From Streptosporangiaceae bacterium (lineage in GTDB: Bacteria > Actinomycetota > Actinomycetes > Streptosporangiales > Streptosporangiaceae), in assembly GCA_035532775.1 (NCBI GenBank), contig DATKQH010000376.1:4507-68506 (forward strand): 64,000 bases of DNA. Reading direction: 5' to 3'. Below, piece after piece: positions 1 to 8,095 of the stretch. The notes beneath the pieces were generated by a model. The model did not search any database. It was not told where the DNA came from and saw nothing but the letters and a program-made list of their open reading frames with translations. Position 1 is the first letter of the stretch. Each line of letters begins with the position of its first letter. Made by a program: the position numbers and the translations under genes.

Positions 1-615
1 CAGGCCCGCGGCGGATGTTCCTGCGCCGGTCCGTACGGGCACCGCCTGCTGGCCATCGGGATAGGCCGCTCGCACGCATTCCGCGAGGAGATCGAGCACG
101 GCTGCTACGGAGTCAAGCCTGGCTGGAGCAGGGTCAACCTCAACTACTTCATCTCGGCCGCCGCAGCCGACTTCATCGCCACCGCAGTCGAGCTGATCGC
201 CGTCGACGGCTACCGGCTGCTGCCGTACTACCGGTTCGATCCGCGGACCGGGCTCTGGCGGCACGCCGACGGCCCGCCGCGACCTCAGATCACCCTGGAC
301 GACGTGACCTATGGACCGGACGGAGAACTGGACTATCCCCGGCGGCGCGAACAGGTGGGCGAGGACGTCTTCGCCAGCTACCTGCAGCAGGCTCGGGCGA
401 TGCTGACCGCGCTCCCGGCCCGTCTCGACGACGGGCCACCTGGCTTGCCATCGAGCTTCGAAGCCCTGCGGTGGTTCCCGCTCCCGCCAGGCAGCCTGCT
501 AACCGAGTCAGATAGCGCTGGGCAAAGAGGCCGAGTTGGCAGGTATCTGGGCTGCCGATCCGCACGGTCGATGTCGCGTTGCTGCTCCCATCATCCGCCA
601 ACGCTGATACCCTAG
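1..615 (+). CDS. C-terminal part of an aminotransferase class V-fold PLP-dependent enzyme (5' end lies outside the window)
   Basis: Frame 1 is open from base 1. Translation QARGGCSCAGPYGHRLL...GVKPGWSRVNLNYF...YRLLPYYRFDPRTGLWRH resembles the conserved C-terminal region of NifS/selenocysteine-lyase-like class V enzymes. Stop is TAG 613-615. The last ~35 aa look non-conserved. Confidence 0.55.
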   Translation, partial: QARGGCSCAGPYGHRLLAIGIGRSHAFREEIEHGCYGVKPGWSRVNLNYFISAAAADFIATAVELIAVDGYRLLPYYRFDPRTGLWRHADGPPRPQITLDDVTYGPDGELDYPRRREQVGEDVFASYLQQARAMLTALPARLDDGPPGLPSSFEALRWFPLPPGSLLTESDSAGQRGRVGRYLGCRSARSMSRCCSHHPPTLIP

Positions 616-622
616 GGGGTAT
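607..622. promoter_or_regulatory. CsoR/CstR-operator-like GC-tract pseudo-palindrome ATACCCTAGGGGGTAT
   Basis: Arms ATACCC / GGGTAT are exact reverse complements separated by TAGG. The site overlaps the stop codon of the upstream ORF and lies 110 bp upstream of the PIG-L gene start. The similarity to CsoR-family operators is from memory, not from a search. Confidence 0.3.
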
Positions 623-731
623 TGGTGTCTGATCACGGACGTCGCCAGGATCGAGATGGCAAGTTCCTGTAGCGTCGCCATGCTGGCAGAAGAAGGTACC
701 CCTGATCGTTATCAGGCCGAGTGGAGCTTTC

Positions 732-1433
732 ATGTGCCCGTCCGGACCGACGACCCCGAGGGCCGCATCGGGATCGGAGCTGCCTTCATGGTCACGCGTC
801 CTGGTCGTGGTGGCTCATCCGGACGACGAGACGTTCGGCCTCGGCGCCGTCATCGACCTGCTGACCCGAACCGGCGCGGAGGTACGCGTACTTTGCTACA
901 CCCGCGGCGAGGCATCGACCCTGAATGAGATCGGCGCGAGCCTGCACAGTGTGCGGGAAGGCGAGCTGCGGGAGGCGGGCGCCGTGCTCGGCGTGGCCGG
1001 CGTCGACTTGCTTGACTATGGTGACGGCCGCCTGGCAGCCATTCCAGAGGCCGAACTTGCCGCCCAGGTGCTGCAGGCCCTCACCAGCCATCGCGCTGAT
1101 GGCCTGCTCGTCTTCGACGAGACCGGCATCACCGGCCACCCCGATCACCGGGCAGCCACCAAGGCTGCCGTGCGCGCCGCCAGTTCGCGCGGCCTGCCGG
1201 TACTCGCCTGGGCCCTTCCCCGTATGGTCGCGGACCAGTTGCGCGCGGAGACGGGGCAGCCATTCGCCGGGCAGCCGCCTGACCGGCTGGACATGAGCCT
1301 TCCGGTGGACCGCGGCGCGCAGCGCCGGGCCGCGGCTGAGCACGCCAGCCAGGTCGCACCGACCTCGGTACTGTGGCGTCGGCTTGAGCTGCTCGGAGAC
1401 CACGAGCATCTGCGCTGGCTGAGCCGGCCCTGA
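732..1433 (+). CDS. PIG-L/LmbE family deacetylase (MshB/Mca-like fold)
   Basis: ORF 732-1433 carries the VVVAHPDDETFG signature (AHPDDE metal-binding motif) and a later HPDH motif. The start codon is not verified. Confidence 0.8.
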   Translation: MCPSGPTTPRAASGSELPSWSRVLVVVAHPDDETFGLGAVIDLLTRTGAEVRVLCYTRGEASTLNEIGASLHSVREGELREAGAVLGVAGVDLLDYGDGRLAAIPEAELAAQVLQALTSHRADGLLVFDETGITGHPDHRAATKAAVRAASSRGLPVLAWALPRMVADQLRAETGQPFAGQPPDRLDMSLPVDRGAQRRAAAEHASQVAPTSVLWRRLELLGDHEHLRWLSRP

Positions 1434-1679
1434 CGGATGCCGATGGGGACGGCGGTCGGCTTCCGAGCATCCGGCTCGCCGAACTCCGCGGTGAACATCA
1501 GAGTCGGCTCGAAGACAGGTAGCCAGAGGGCCCTGGCCATCCAGGTCGCGGGATGCCGAAGCTCGCACGGGTGACCATCCCCCGAGCGGCGAGCGTGCCG
1601 CACCGCTCCTGCACGCACCGCTGCGCGCACGCTAGGCCGCCGCGTTAACCAGGCGACCGACGCGAGTTGCCAGCCGCAG

Positions 1680-2633
1680 CTAGCGGCGTGGTCGGCTGAC
1701 GTGGGCGAGCAGATCACGGGCCGCGCCGCTGGGCGGAACGGCACCCCCGGTCCAGATCGCCCGCAGCGCCCGGTGCAGGTCAAGGCCGTCGACTGTCACG
1801 CGAGTCAGCCGGTGTGACGCGAGGTCCTCGCTGACGGCTAGCTCGCTGAGCACCGCTGGTCCGGCACCGGCCAGAACCGCCGCCCGGACGGCTGCCGTAG
1901 TGGACAGGGCGAGCGCGACTGGAGGCACCGTCACGGGCGACTGCCCGGCGGGGCGGTGCAGAGCCGTTGCCAGCGCCGCCGTGAGAGCGTCACGGGTCCC
2001 CGATCCTTCCTCGCGACTGACCAGCGGGGTCGCCGCGAGTTCCGCCGGGCTCAGCGGCTGGCGGCGTTCCGCCCACGGATGGTCGGGCCGGACGATCACC
2101 AGCAGCTCGTCCCGTCCGATGATCCGGCTGCGGACGTCCGGCGGAGCAGCCGGACCTTCGACGAAGCCCAGGTCGGCGGTTCCCTCCCGGACCTGCTGGG
2201 CGACGGTCTCGCTGTTCGCCGCGGTCAGGACGATCTCCGCGCGCGGCTCGCCGCGGCGCTGAGCCGCCACCTGGAGGGCGACCAGCCAGCCGGGCAGGAG
2301 CTGCTCGGCGATAGTCAGGCTGGCGCTCACTCGCAACCTGGTGTGGTGGCGATTGCGCAGGGCCGCGAGACCAGCATCGAGCTCGGCGGCAACGGCGAGC
2401 AGGCGGGCTGCCCATTCCGCCACGACCACGCCTTCCGGGGTCAGAGTTGAGCCGCGTGACGTGCGCGCGACCAGCGCGACCCCGGCCTGTGCCTCCGCGG
2501 CCCTGATCCTGGCGGATACCGCTTGCTGGGTGACGCCGACCTGCCGCGCCGCCGAGCTGAGGCTGCCGGTGCGGGCCACCGCGAGCAGCATTTCGAGCGC
2601 GGCCAGGTCAGGCATCCGCGCGCTCAGGGACAT
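1680..2633 (-). CDS. LysR family transcriptional regulator
   Basis: N-terminal wHTH LLAVARTGSLSSAARQVGVTQQAVSARI followed by a LysR-type substrate-binding region. It is divergent from the ArsR gene. Confidence 0.9.
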   Translation of the reverse strand: MSLSARMPDLAALEMLLAVARTGSLSSAARQVGVTQQAVSARIRAAEAQAGVALVARTSRGSTLTPEGVVVAEWAARLLAVAAELDAGLAALRNRHHTRLRVSASLTIAEQLLPGWLVALQVAAQRRGEPRAEIVLTAANSETVAQQVREGTADLGFVEGPAAPPDVRSRIIGRDELLVIVRPDHPWAERRQPLSPAELAATPLVSREEGSGTRDALTAALATALHRPAGQSPVTVPPVALALSTTAAVRAAVLAGAGPAVLSELAVSEDLASHRLTRVTVDGLDLHRALRAIWTGGAVPPSGAARDLLAHVSRPRR

Positions 2634-2804
2634 GCGCTCACATTAGAAGGTCACAAGCTGCTCACGGAGCAGGTTCCCGCGGGCGTGCGTCAGTCGCTGC
2701 CGTGTCAGCTCCGATCTCGCTGCGCGCTTGCGCCACCAGACATAATGTGGATGCGGGCTGATGGGCGAGGGCCCGCCCGGGGGAGAGGAGCAGGCGTGGC
2801 ACGT

Positions 2805-3155
2805 ATGGACGCGGCAGAGATCAACGAGCTGCATGCCCGCGTCTGCAAGGCCATTGCGGACCCGAAGCGCCTGCTGATCATCAACGAGCTGCGAGACGGG
2901 CCGATGTCGGTCGGCGACATAGCCGATGCGCTGGGAATTTCCCAGCCGAACGCGAGCCAGCATCTGTCGCTGCTGCGCGATCGCGGCATCGTCACCGCGC
3001 AGCGATCCGGCAGCACCATCTGCTACGCGCTGACGAGCCAGAAGATCGTGCAGGCCGTCGACCTCCTGGGCGAGTTCATGGCCGAGGAGCTCGGCTGGCG
3101 GTCGCCGGACGCGCAGGCGGTCGCCGGGCCGTCGGCTGAGGCCCCCGCGAGGTAG
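2805..3155 (+). CDS. ArsR/SmtB family transcriptional regulator with two cysteines; candidate sHdrR/SqrR-like persulfide-responsive repressor
   Basis: ADPKRLLIINELRDGPMSVGDIADALGISQPNASQHLSLLRDRGIV is the ArsR HTH signature. I chose the internal ATG at 2805 within ORF 2523-3155. Cys residues sit in ARVCKAIADP and STICYAL. Position next to the sulfur cluster is the only support for the sensor role. Confidence 0.85.
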   Translation: MDAAEINELHARVCKAIADPKRLLIINELRDGPMSVGDIADALGISQPNASQHLSLLRDRGIVTAQRSGSTICYALTSQKIVQAVDLLGEFMAEELGWRSPDAQAVAGPSAEAPAR

Positions 3156-3171
3156 GCCGCCCCGGAGGTCG

Positions 3172-3543
3172 TCACTCACCGGACGGCCGGGACGCGGAGG
3201 CAGCCGGGAACCGGAACGCGGCGGGATCCAGCTTCGGCTCCACGGTCCGCAGACGATTGAGGAACCCTGCGGCATGGCTGGCGCACAGCCGCCAGGCGCG
3301 GCGGTCGCCAAGACGGCGCACGTGCAGGCATTCGGTGCGCGTGACCGCCTTGCCGCAGACAGCGCATGACCGTGCAGTCGGCTCACCGAGCTGGCCGACA
3401 GCGTCCGTCCAGCATGGCCCGCAGGCAAGCCCGGAGTCATCGCGGAACTGCGGCGCTCCGGGATGGTAGCCGAAGCGCGCCGCGCCGCCTGGCGCGGCGA
3501 GAAGCCGCCCGCAGAAGTCGCAGCACAGGTCGTTGATCGTCAT
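3172..3543 (-). CDS. Small cysteine-rich hypothetical protein (several CxxC pairs; possible zinc ribbon)
   Basis: Starts at MTINDLCCDFCG (ATG complement at 3543). Contains CDFC, CGPC and CAVC pairs, has GC3-rich codon usage, and is divergent from tusA. I recognise no family. Confidence 0.55.
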   Translation of the reverse strand: MTINDLCCDFCGRLLAAPGGAARFGYHPGAPQFRDDSGLACGPCWTDAVGQLGEPTARSCAVCGKAVTRTECLHVRRLGDRRAWRLCASHAAGFLNRLRTVEPKLDPAAFRFPAASASRPSGE

Positions 3544-3604
3544 GGCCTCAACGCGGGTCGAAGCGGCAAGTGATCGAGCGGAACACTGGACAAGCATCGG
3601 TTCC

Positions 3605-3636
3605 ACACGTAAGCATATGTGCAATTGCGAATGTGT
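3605..3636. promoter_or_regulatory. AT-richer palindromic segment in the tusA / Cys-rich-ORF divergent promoter region; candidate operator
   Basis: ACACGTAAGCATATGTGCAATTGCGAATGTGT contains the perfect palindromes CATATG and GCAATTGC, two ATGTG direct repeats 15 bp apart, and near-symmetric outer ACACGT/ATGTGT. It is locally much less GC-rich than its surroundings. Confidence 0.3.
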
Positions 3637-3671
3637 TCTGGCTCACGCCGGGAAACCTTAAGGCGGACGTT

Positions 3672-3920
3672 GTGGCCGAAGCTGCCCAGCCGGTTGCGGA
3701 TCAGGTTCTGGACTGCTCGGGCATGGCCTGCCCGCTGCCGGTCGTCAAGACGTCACAGGCGATCAAGAAGATCGATCCCGGCCAGGTTCTCGAATTGCTC
3801 GCGACCGATCCGGGCGTCGAGCCTGACATGCGGGCCTGGACCACGCGCACCGGCAACGAGCTCCTCAGCATCGCCAGGCAGGGCGACGTGTTCCACGTCC
3901 TGATTCGCCGGATGAAGTGA
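3672..3920 (+). CDS. tusA: TusA-family sulfur carrier protein
   Basis: LDCSGMACPLPVVK is the CPxP active-site motif. GTG 3672 is preceded by AAGGCGGA. The ATG at 3570 was rejected because it would place the AT-rich promoter-like segment inside the gene. Confidence 0.85.
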   Translation: MAEAAQPVADQVLDCSGMACPLPVVKTSQAIKKIDPGQVLELLATDPGVEPDMRAWTTRTGNELLSIARQGDVFHVLIRRMK

Positions 3921-3932
3921 CGGGAGCCACGC

Positions 3933-4316
3933 ATGTGGACCGGTGACCTCGATTCCAAGGTTCTTTACGTGCAGACGCATGGAGTGAGCGACCCGGGCCG
4001 CTCGGCGACCCCGTTCTTCCTCGCGGCATCCGCAGCGGCGATGGAGTGCGAGGTCATGATCTATTTCACGATGTACGGGCCGACGCTCCTGCGCAAGGAC
4101 GTCATCGACAAGATCGGGCCGAAAGGCGACCACGGCCAGCCGCTGCGCTACTTCATCGAGCAGGCCACCGGCCTCGGGGTCCGGCTGCTGGTCTGCCAGC
4201 CCTCGCTTGACCTGAACGACCTGCGCATCGGGGATCTCCTCGACGGCGTCACGATGATCGGCGGCGCGGCCTTCAACGACCTTGCGATCTCCGCCGACGC
4301 AGTCATCAGCTTCTAG
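3933..4316 (+). CDS. DsrE/DsrF-family sulfur-relay protein (DsrE3-like)
   Basis: 127 aa with a DsrE-fold pattern (VLYVQTHG...MIYFTMYG...LLVCQPSL with a conserved Cys). SD GGGAG lies upstream. Its position directly after tusA matches shdr clusters. Confidence 0.8.
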   Translation: MWTGDLDSKVLYVQTHGVSDPGRSATPFFLAASAAAMECEVMIYFTMYGPTLLRKDVIDKIGPKGDHGQPLRYFIEQATGLGVRLLVCQPSLDLNDLRIGDLLDGVTMIGGAAFNDLAISADAVISF

Positions 4317-4327
4317 GAGCCGCGGCC

Positions 4328-5041
4328 ATGCCCGAGACGGACGCTCACATGAAGGCACCAGTGGTGGCGGGCTACCCTGACGTACCCCTGGCCGAGAAGG
4401 AGCGGCTGTTCGAGCAGGTCAAGGGCGATCTCCGATTCGGTGACTACCTGTACGGCTGCTATGAGTGCGGCATCTGCGTCGCCGTCTGCCCATCGGCCAG
4501 GTTCTACGACTTCAGCCCCCGGCGCATCGCGCAGGCCGCCGCGCGCGAAGACGTCGAGCTCATCTACCAGCAGATGCAAGAAGACATCTGGGAATGCTCC
4601 CAGTGCTTTTCCTGCCTGCGCTGCCCGCGCGGGAACAACCCAGGCGGGCTCATCACGATCATGCGCGAGGTCGCCGTCAACAACGGCCTGGCGTCCGCGA
4701 AGGAAGCCCTCGGCGGATACTCGCGGATCATCTACAAGATCATGTCGACCGGCACCCAGGTGTCACCGGACATGCTCCAGCCCGATGCTTTTCCCGATTG
4801 GGGCCCGGAGACCAGCGACGTCTCGGTCAATCTGGACCTGTGGCGCCGGGCGCTGCCGCCGGAGACGATGCACACCACGAACACCGGCTGGAAGGTCGCC
4901 GACTCGACGCTGATCGAGCTCTACCTCATCTGGCTGCACACCGGCGTCCTCGACATGATCGAGGACGTCGACCCCGGCTTGCACGCGATCCTCCGCGAGC
5001 TCATGGAGGAACGCCTCGAAGAGGAAGGGATTGAGCCATGA
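4328..5041 (+). CDS. shdrC1: sHdrC1, heterodisulfide reductase subunit C-like 4Fe-4S dicluster protein
   Basis: Two ferredoxin motifs, CYECGICVAVCP and CSQCFSCLRCP. ATGA overlap with the next gene. Confidence 0.85.
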   Translation: MPETDAHMKAPVVAGYPDVPLAEKERLFEQVKGDLRFGDYLYGCYECGICVAVCPSARFYDFSPRRIAQAAAREDVELIYQQMQEDIWECSQCFSCLRCPRGNNPGGLITIMREVAVNNGLASAKEALGGYSRIIYKIMSTGTQVSPDMLQPDAFPDWGPETSDVSVNLDLWRRALPPETMHTTNTGWKVADSTLIELYLIWLHTGVLDMIEDVDPGLHAILRELMEERLEEEGIEP

Positions 5042-6228
5042 CGATTCCGATCGAGGCGCTCAAGCGCAAGAAGGAGCACTTCGAACGCGGCGAGGACCAC
5101 CGCGCCCTGGAAGACCCGCGCGGTGAACTGCTCGAACTCGAAGAGCGGGGCGAGGTTGTGGTGCAGAAGATCGACCGCGAGGCGATCACCGTGCCCACCA
5201 AATACGGCCGCGACAAGCGGATCCAGAAAGCCCATCTCTGGCACCACAAGTCCTGCGGGCAGTGCGGCCACATCCCCGGCTACTCGACCTCGATCTTCTG
5301 GGTCATGCGCAAGCTCGGCTACGACTATCACGACCCGCAGGACCAGACGTCCTGCACGGCCTGGAACTACTACGCCAGCGCGACGTCGAATTCCGCCGCG
5401 CAGGCCGCGGTGGCCGTGCGGAACTTCGCCGCCGCGCACCAGACCGGGTATTTCCCGCTGATCCACTGCGGCACCTCCTACGGGCACTACAAGGAGGTCA
5501 GGGAGGAGCTGATCCGGCATCCCGAACTGCGCTCCGAGGTACGCGAGATCATGGCCAGGCTCGGCAAGGAACTCGTCCTGCCTGAGGAGATCGTCCACTA
5601 CTCCGAGTGGTTCCACGCGATGCGGCACGAGATCGCGGCCCGGGCAATCCGAGACGTGTCCTCGATCACGGTCACGGTCCATCCCGCCTGCCACTACTAC
5701 AAGCTCGTCGAGGGCGACGCGATCTACGACCCGGACATCTACGGCGGCCAGCGGACCGCCGTGGTCACCGGGCTCGCCGAGGCGCTGGGCGCCGAGGTTC
5801 GGAGCTACTCGACCTGGTTCGACTGCTGCGGCTTCGGCTTCCGGCACATCCTCGTCCAGCGGGATTTCACCCGGTCCTTCGCGACCCTGCGCAAGATCGA
5901 GGTCATGAAGGAGGAGGCCGACCCCGACGTCGTCCTCACCCACGACACCGGCTGCGTGACAACCCTGGACAAGAGCCAGTTCGCCGCCCAGGCCCATGAC
6001 CGCAACGTCGGTGTGGCCGTGATGAGCGACGCGCAGTTCGCCGCCCTGGCCATGGGCGCCCACCCGTACCGCGTCTGCCAGCTCCACTGGCATTCCGCCG
6101 ACTACCGGCCGGTGCTGGAAAAGATGGGCATTGACCACGAGCGGGCGTGGGCCGAGTTCCAGGCTGACCTCAAGCGGCTCGAAAGCGGCGAGAAGCGGTA
6201 CCTCGACTGGGATGACGTCGACGGCTAA
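5038..6228 (+). CDS. shdrB1: sHdrB1, heterodisulfide reductase subunit B-like CCG-domain protein
   Basis: CCG-domain signature WFDCCGFGFRH plus a second degenerate CCG region. Translationally coupled to shdrC1. Confidence 0.85.
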   Translation: MTIPIEALKRKKEHFERGEDHRALEDPRGELLELEERGEVVVQKIDREAITVPTKYGRDKRIQKAHLWHHKSCGQCGHIPGYSTSIFWVMRKLGYDYHDPQDQTSCTAWNYYASATSNSAAQAAVAVRNFAAAHQTGYFPLIHCGTSYGHYKEVREELIRHPELRSEVREIMARLGKELVLPEEIVHYSEWFHAMRHEIAARAIRDVSSITVTVHPACHYYKLVEGDAIYDPDIYGGQRTAVVTGLAEALGAEVRSYSTWFDCCGFGFRHILVQRDFTRSFATLRKIEVMKEEADPDVVLTHDTGCVTTLDKSQFAAQAHDRNVGVAVMSDAQFAALAMGAHPYRVCQLHWHSADYRPVLEKMGIDHERAWAEFQADLKRLESGEKRYLDWDDVDG

Positions 6229-6280
6229 GCAGAGCCGGTACCGCAGCCGCGGTGCCGCTGATCAGCACATGGGGTGAGGG

Positions 6281-7345
6281 ATGTCCTCGGACACGATAGC
6301 CGTTATCGGCGGCGGGCCTGGCGGCCTTCGGGCCGCGCACGGCATCGCCGAGATCGGCGGAAAGGTCCTGCTGATCGAGCAGCGCGACTTCCTGGGCGGA
6401 GCGCCGATCGCGGAGAACTACGCGGGCCTGACCCCGCGCGGGGAGCCAGCCGAGCCGCAGATCCGCCGGATGATCGACCTGGTGACGGCGAGCCCGGATG
6501 TCGACATCCGGCTCGGCACCGAACTGGCCGCCGCGGCTGGCGAGCCGGGGGCATTCTCACTAACCCTCGCCGGCCCCGATGGCGAGCAGCGGGCGGAGTG
6601 CGGTGCGATCATCGTCGCGACCGGATTCACCCACTTCGATCCGGGCCGGGAAACCCAGATGTACGGGTACTACGAGTTTCCCGACGTCATCACCCTGCCC
6701 GACCTGGAGGGGATGCTGTCCCAGCACCAGGTCGTCCGGCCATCCAATGGCGAGCCGCCGGAACGGATCTGTTTCATCCAGTGCGTCGGCAGCCGGGACC
6801 GCAAGATCGGCAACGAGTACTGCTCCAAGGTTTGCTGCGGGGTCGCCTCCAAGGAGGCGATCGAACTCCGGCAGCTGCTGCCGAACTCCAAGGTCTACAT
6901 CTTCTACATCGACATGCGGATGTATGGCTACTGGGAAAACGAGATCTACTGGCCCGCTCAGGAAAAGCACCATGTCCAGTACGTCAAGGGGATCATCAGC
7001 GAGGTGCTGCCCAAGGGCGACAAGCTGCTCGTCCGCGGCGAGGACACCACCATGGGACGCCCGATGGAGATCCTGATGGACCTGGTGGTCCTGTCGGTGG
7101 GCATGGAACCATCGCCCGGCACCAAGAAGGTAGCCGGCCTTCTCGGCGTCAGGCAGAACAAATACGGCTTCATCGATGCGGTCGGCATGCCCCTGGACAC
7201 TGTGTCCACCAGCCGGGAAGGGATCTTTGCCTGCGGCGCCGCGCTCGGGCCGGCCGACATCGAGGACACCGTCTCCTCGGCGGCCGGAGCGGCCATGAAG
7301 GCCTTCGGGTACCTGCGCTCGCAGTCTCGTGCGTCGGTCGGCTGA
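6281..7345 (+). CDS. shdrA: sHdrA, FAD- and FeS-binding heterodisulfide reductase subunit A-like protein
   Basis: Dinucleotide fold IAVIGGGPGG and the HdrA cluster motif CFIQCVGSRDRKIGNEYCSKVCCGVASK. Confidence 0.9.
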   Translation: MSSDTIAVIGGGPGGLRAAHGIAEIGGKVLLIEQRDFLGGAPIAENYAGLTPRGEPAEPQIRRMIDLVTASPDVDIRLGTELAAAAGEPGAFSLTLAGPDGEQRAECGAIIVATGFTHFDPGRETQMYGYYEFPDVITLPDLEGMLSQHQVVRPSNGEPPERICFIQCVGSRDRKIGNEYCSKVCCGVASKEAIELRQLLPNSKVYIFYIDMRMYGYWENEIYWPAQEKHHVQYVKGIISEVLPKGDKLLVRGEDTTMGRPMEILMDLVVLSVGMEPSPGTKKVAGLLGVRQNKYGFIDAVGMPLDTVSTSREGIFACGAALGPADIEDTVSSAAGAAMKAFGYLRSQSRASVG

Positions 7346-7356
7346 GCGAGCAGGTC

Positions 7357-8091
7357 ATGATCGCGGGACCGGTTGTCGACACGCCAAGCGCGCAGGAGTT
7401 CCAGCGCGAGATTCTCGGTCGGATCACGGCTGAGGAACTCCAGGCCATCGCGGCTGACCTGGAGCGCAAGTCCCGCATGCTTCGCGACGTGCTGCTGCCG
7501 GACCCCGGAAGCCTCGATCGCGCGGCGCTGCGGCAGGTGCTGCGTCTCACGTTCGCGACCAGACGCCGTGCCGATCAGATCCTGGACGAGATCGGCCCGG
7601 GCCGGCTCGCCGCAGCCATCGCCGGCCTTCTCGGCGGCGGTGATGACCTTGCCGCGCGGTACGACCAGTTCAGTGCGCTGCTCACCGGTTATCCGGGGCC
7701 TGGCTTCGACCTGCCGTCCGAGCTGCTCCATTTCACCTATCCGGACCGGTACTGGCTGTGGACCAGGTGGCTGTGGGACCCCAGCACCGAGACCGGCGCC
7801 CTCGGCCTGGTGACTACCGATGACGTCGATCTGACCGAAGGCACGAGCCGGGGCGAGATCTACCTGACCGTCGGGCGCGCCATGGCCTTCGTCGACGAGA
7901 CCGGCAAGGCGGCCGGCTTCACGACCGCCGGCCCGGGCCTGTTCGGCACCGACGTCTTCCTGGCCGCCGTCTACGGGATCTACATGTACACAGTCCTGCG
8001 GATGCGGATGACGCGGGAGTTCAACCGGCTCGTCCCGCCGCTGCCCGACCTCATCCGTCGCCTGCTCGGCGTCTACCACCTGGAGGGCTAG
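7357..8091 (+). CDS. shdrH: Conserved hypothetical protein in the sHdrH position
   Basis: In-frame ATG at 7357 within ORF 6274-8091. The upstream part of that ORF is an out-of-frame shadow of shdrA. No cofactor motif was found, so the call rests on position between shdrA and the C2-B2 fusion. Confidence 0.6.
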   Translation: MIAGPVVDTPSAQEFQREILGRITAEELQAIAADLERKSRMLRDVLLPDPGSLDRAALRQVLRLTFATRRRADQILDEIGPGRLAAAIAGLLGGGDDLAARYDQFSALLTGYPGPGFDLPSELLHFTYPDRYWLWTRWLWDPSTETGALGLVTTDDVDLTEGTSRGEIYLTVGRAMAFVDETGKAAGFTTAGPGLFGTDVFLAAVYGIYMYTVLRMRMTREFNRLVPPLPDLIRRLLGVYHLEG

Positions 8092-8095
8092 GACC

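Noticed and set aside
1440-1570. Minus-strand translation ...WMARALWLPVFEPTLMFTAEFGEPDARKPTAVPIGI, which looks protein-like
   Set aside because: It is too short for me to assign to a family. The enclosing ORF (1145-1783) continues antisense into the PIG-L gene. It may be a gene remnant, but I cannot support a call.
3570-3671. ATG 3570 as the tusA start (116-aa version)
   Set aside because: It would add ~34 non-conserved residues and place the AT-rich promoter-like segment inside the gene. GTG 3672 has an upstream AAGGCGGA and gives a typical ~80-aa TusA.
4921-6138. 405-aa ORF on the minus strand. Similar long antisense ORFs occur at 6958-8229, 8282-9439, 16694-18001, 25048-26934, 30921-32315, 34907-36052 and 42665-44533.
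   Set aside because: These are shadow ORFs typical of high-GC DNA. They lie antisense to genes with clear family motifs. Their translations are Arg/Gly/Pro/Ala-rich with no recognisable motifs.
6274-7356. N-terminal 360 aa of the 605-aa ORF 6274-8091
   Set aside because: This part is an out-of-frame overlay of shdrA with an Arg/Pro-rich nonsense translation. Only the part from ATG 7357 is retained, as the shdrH-position gene.
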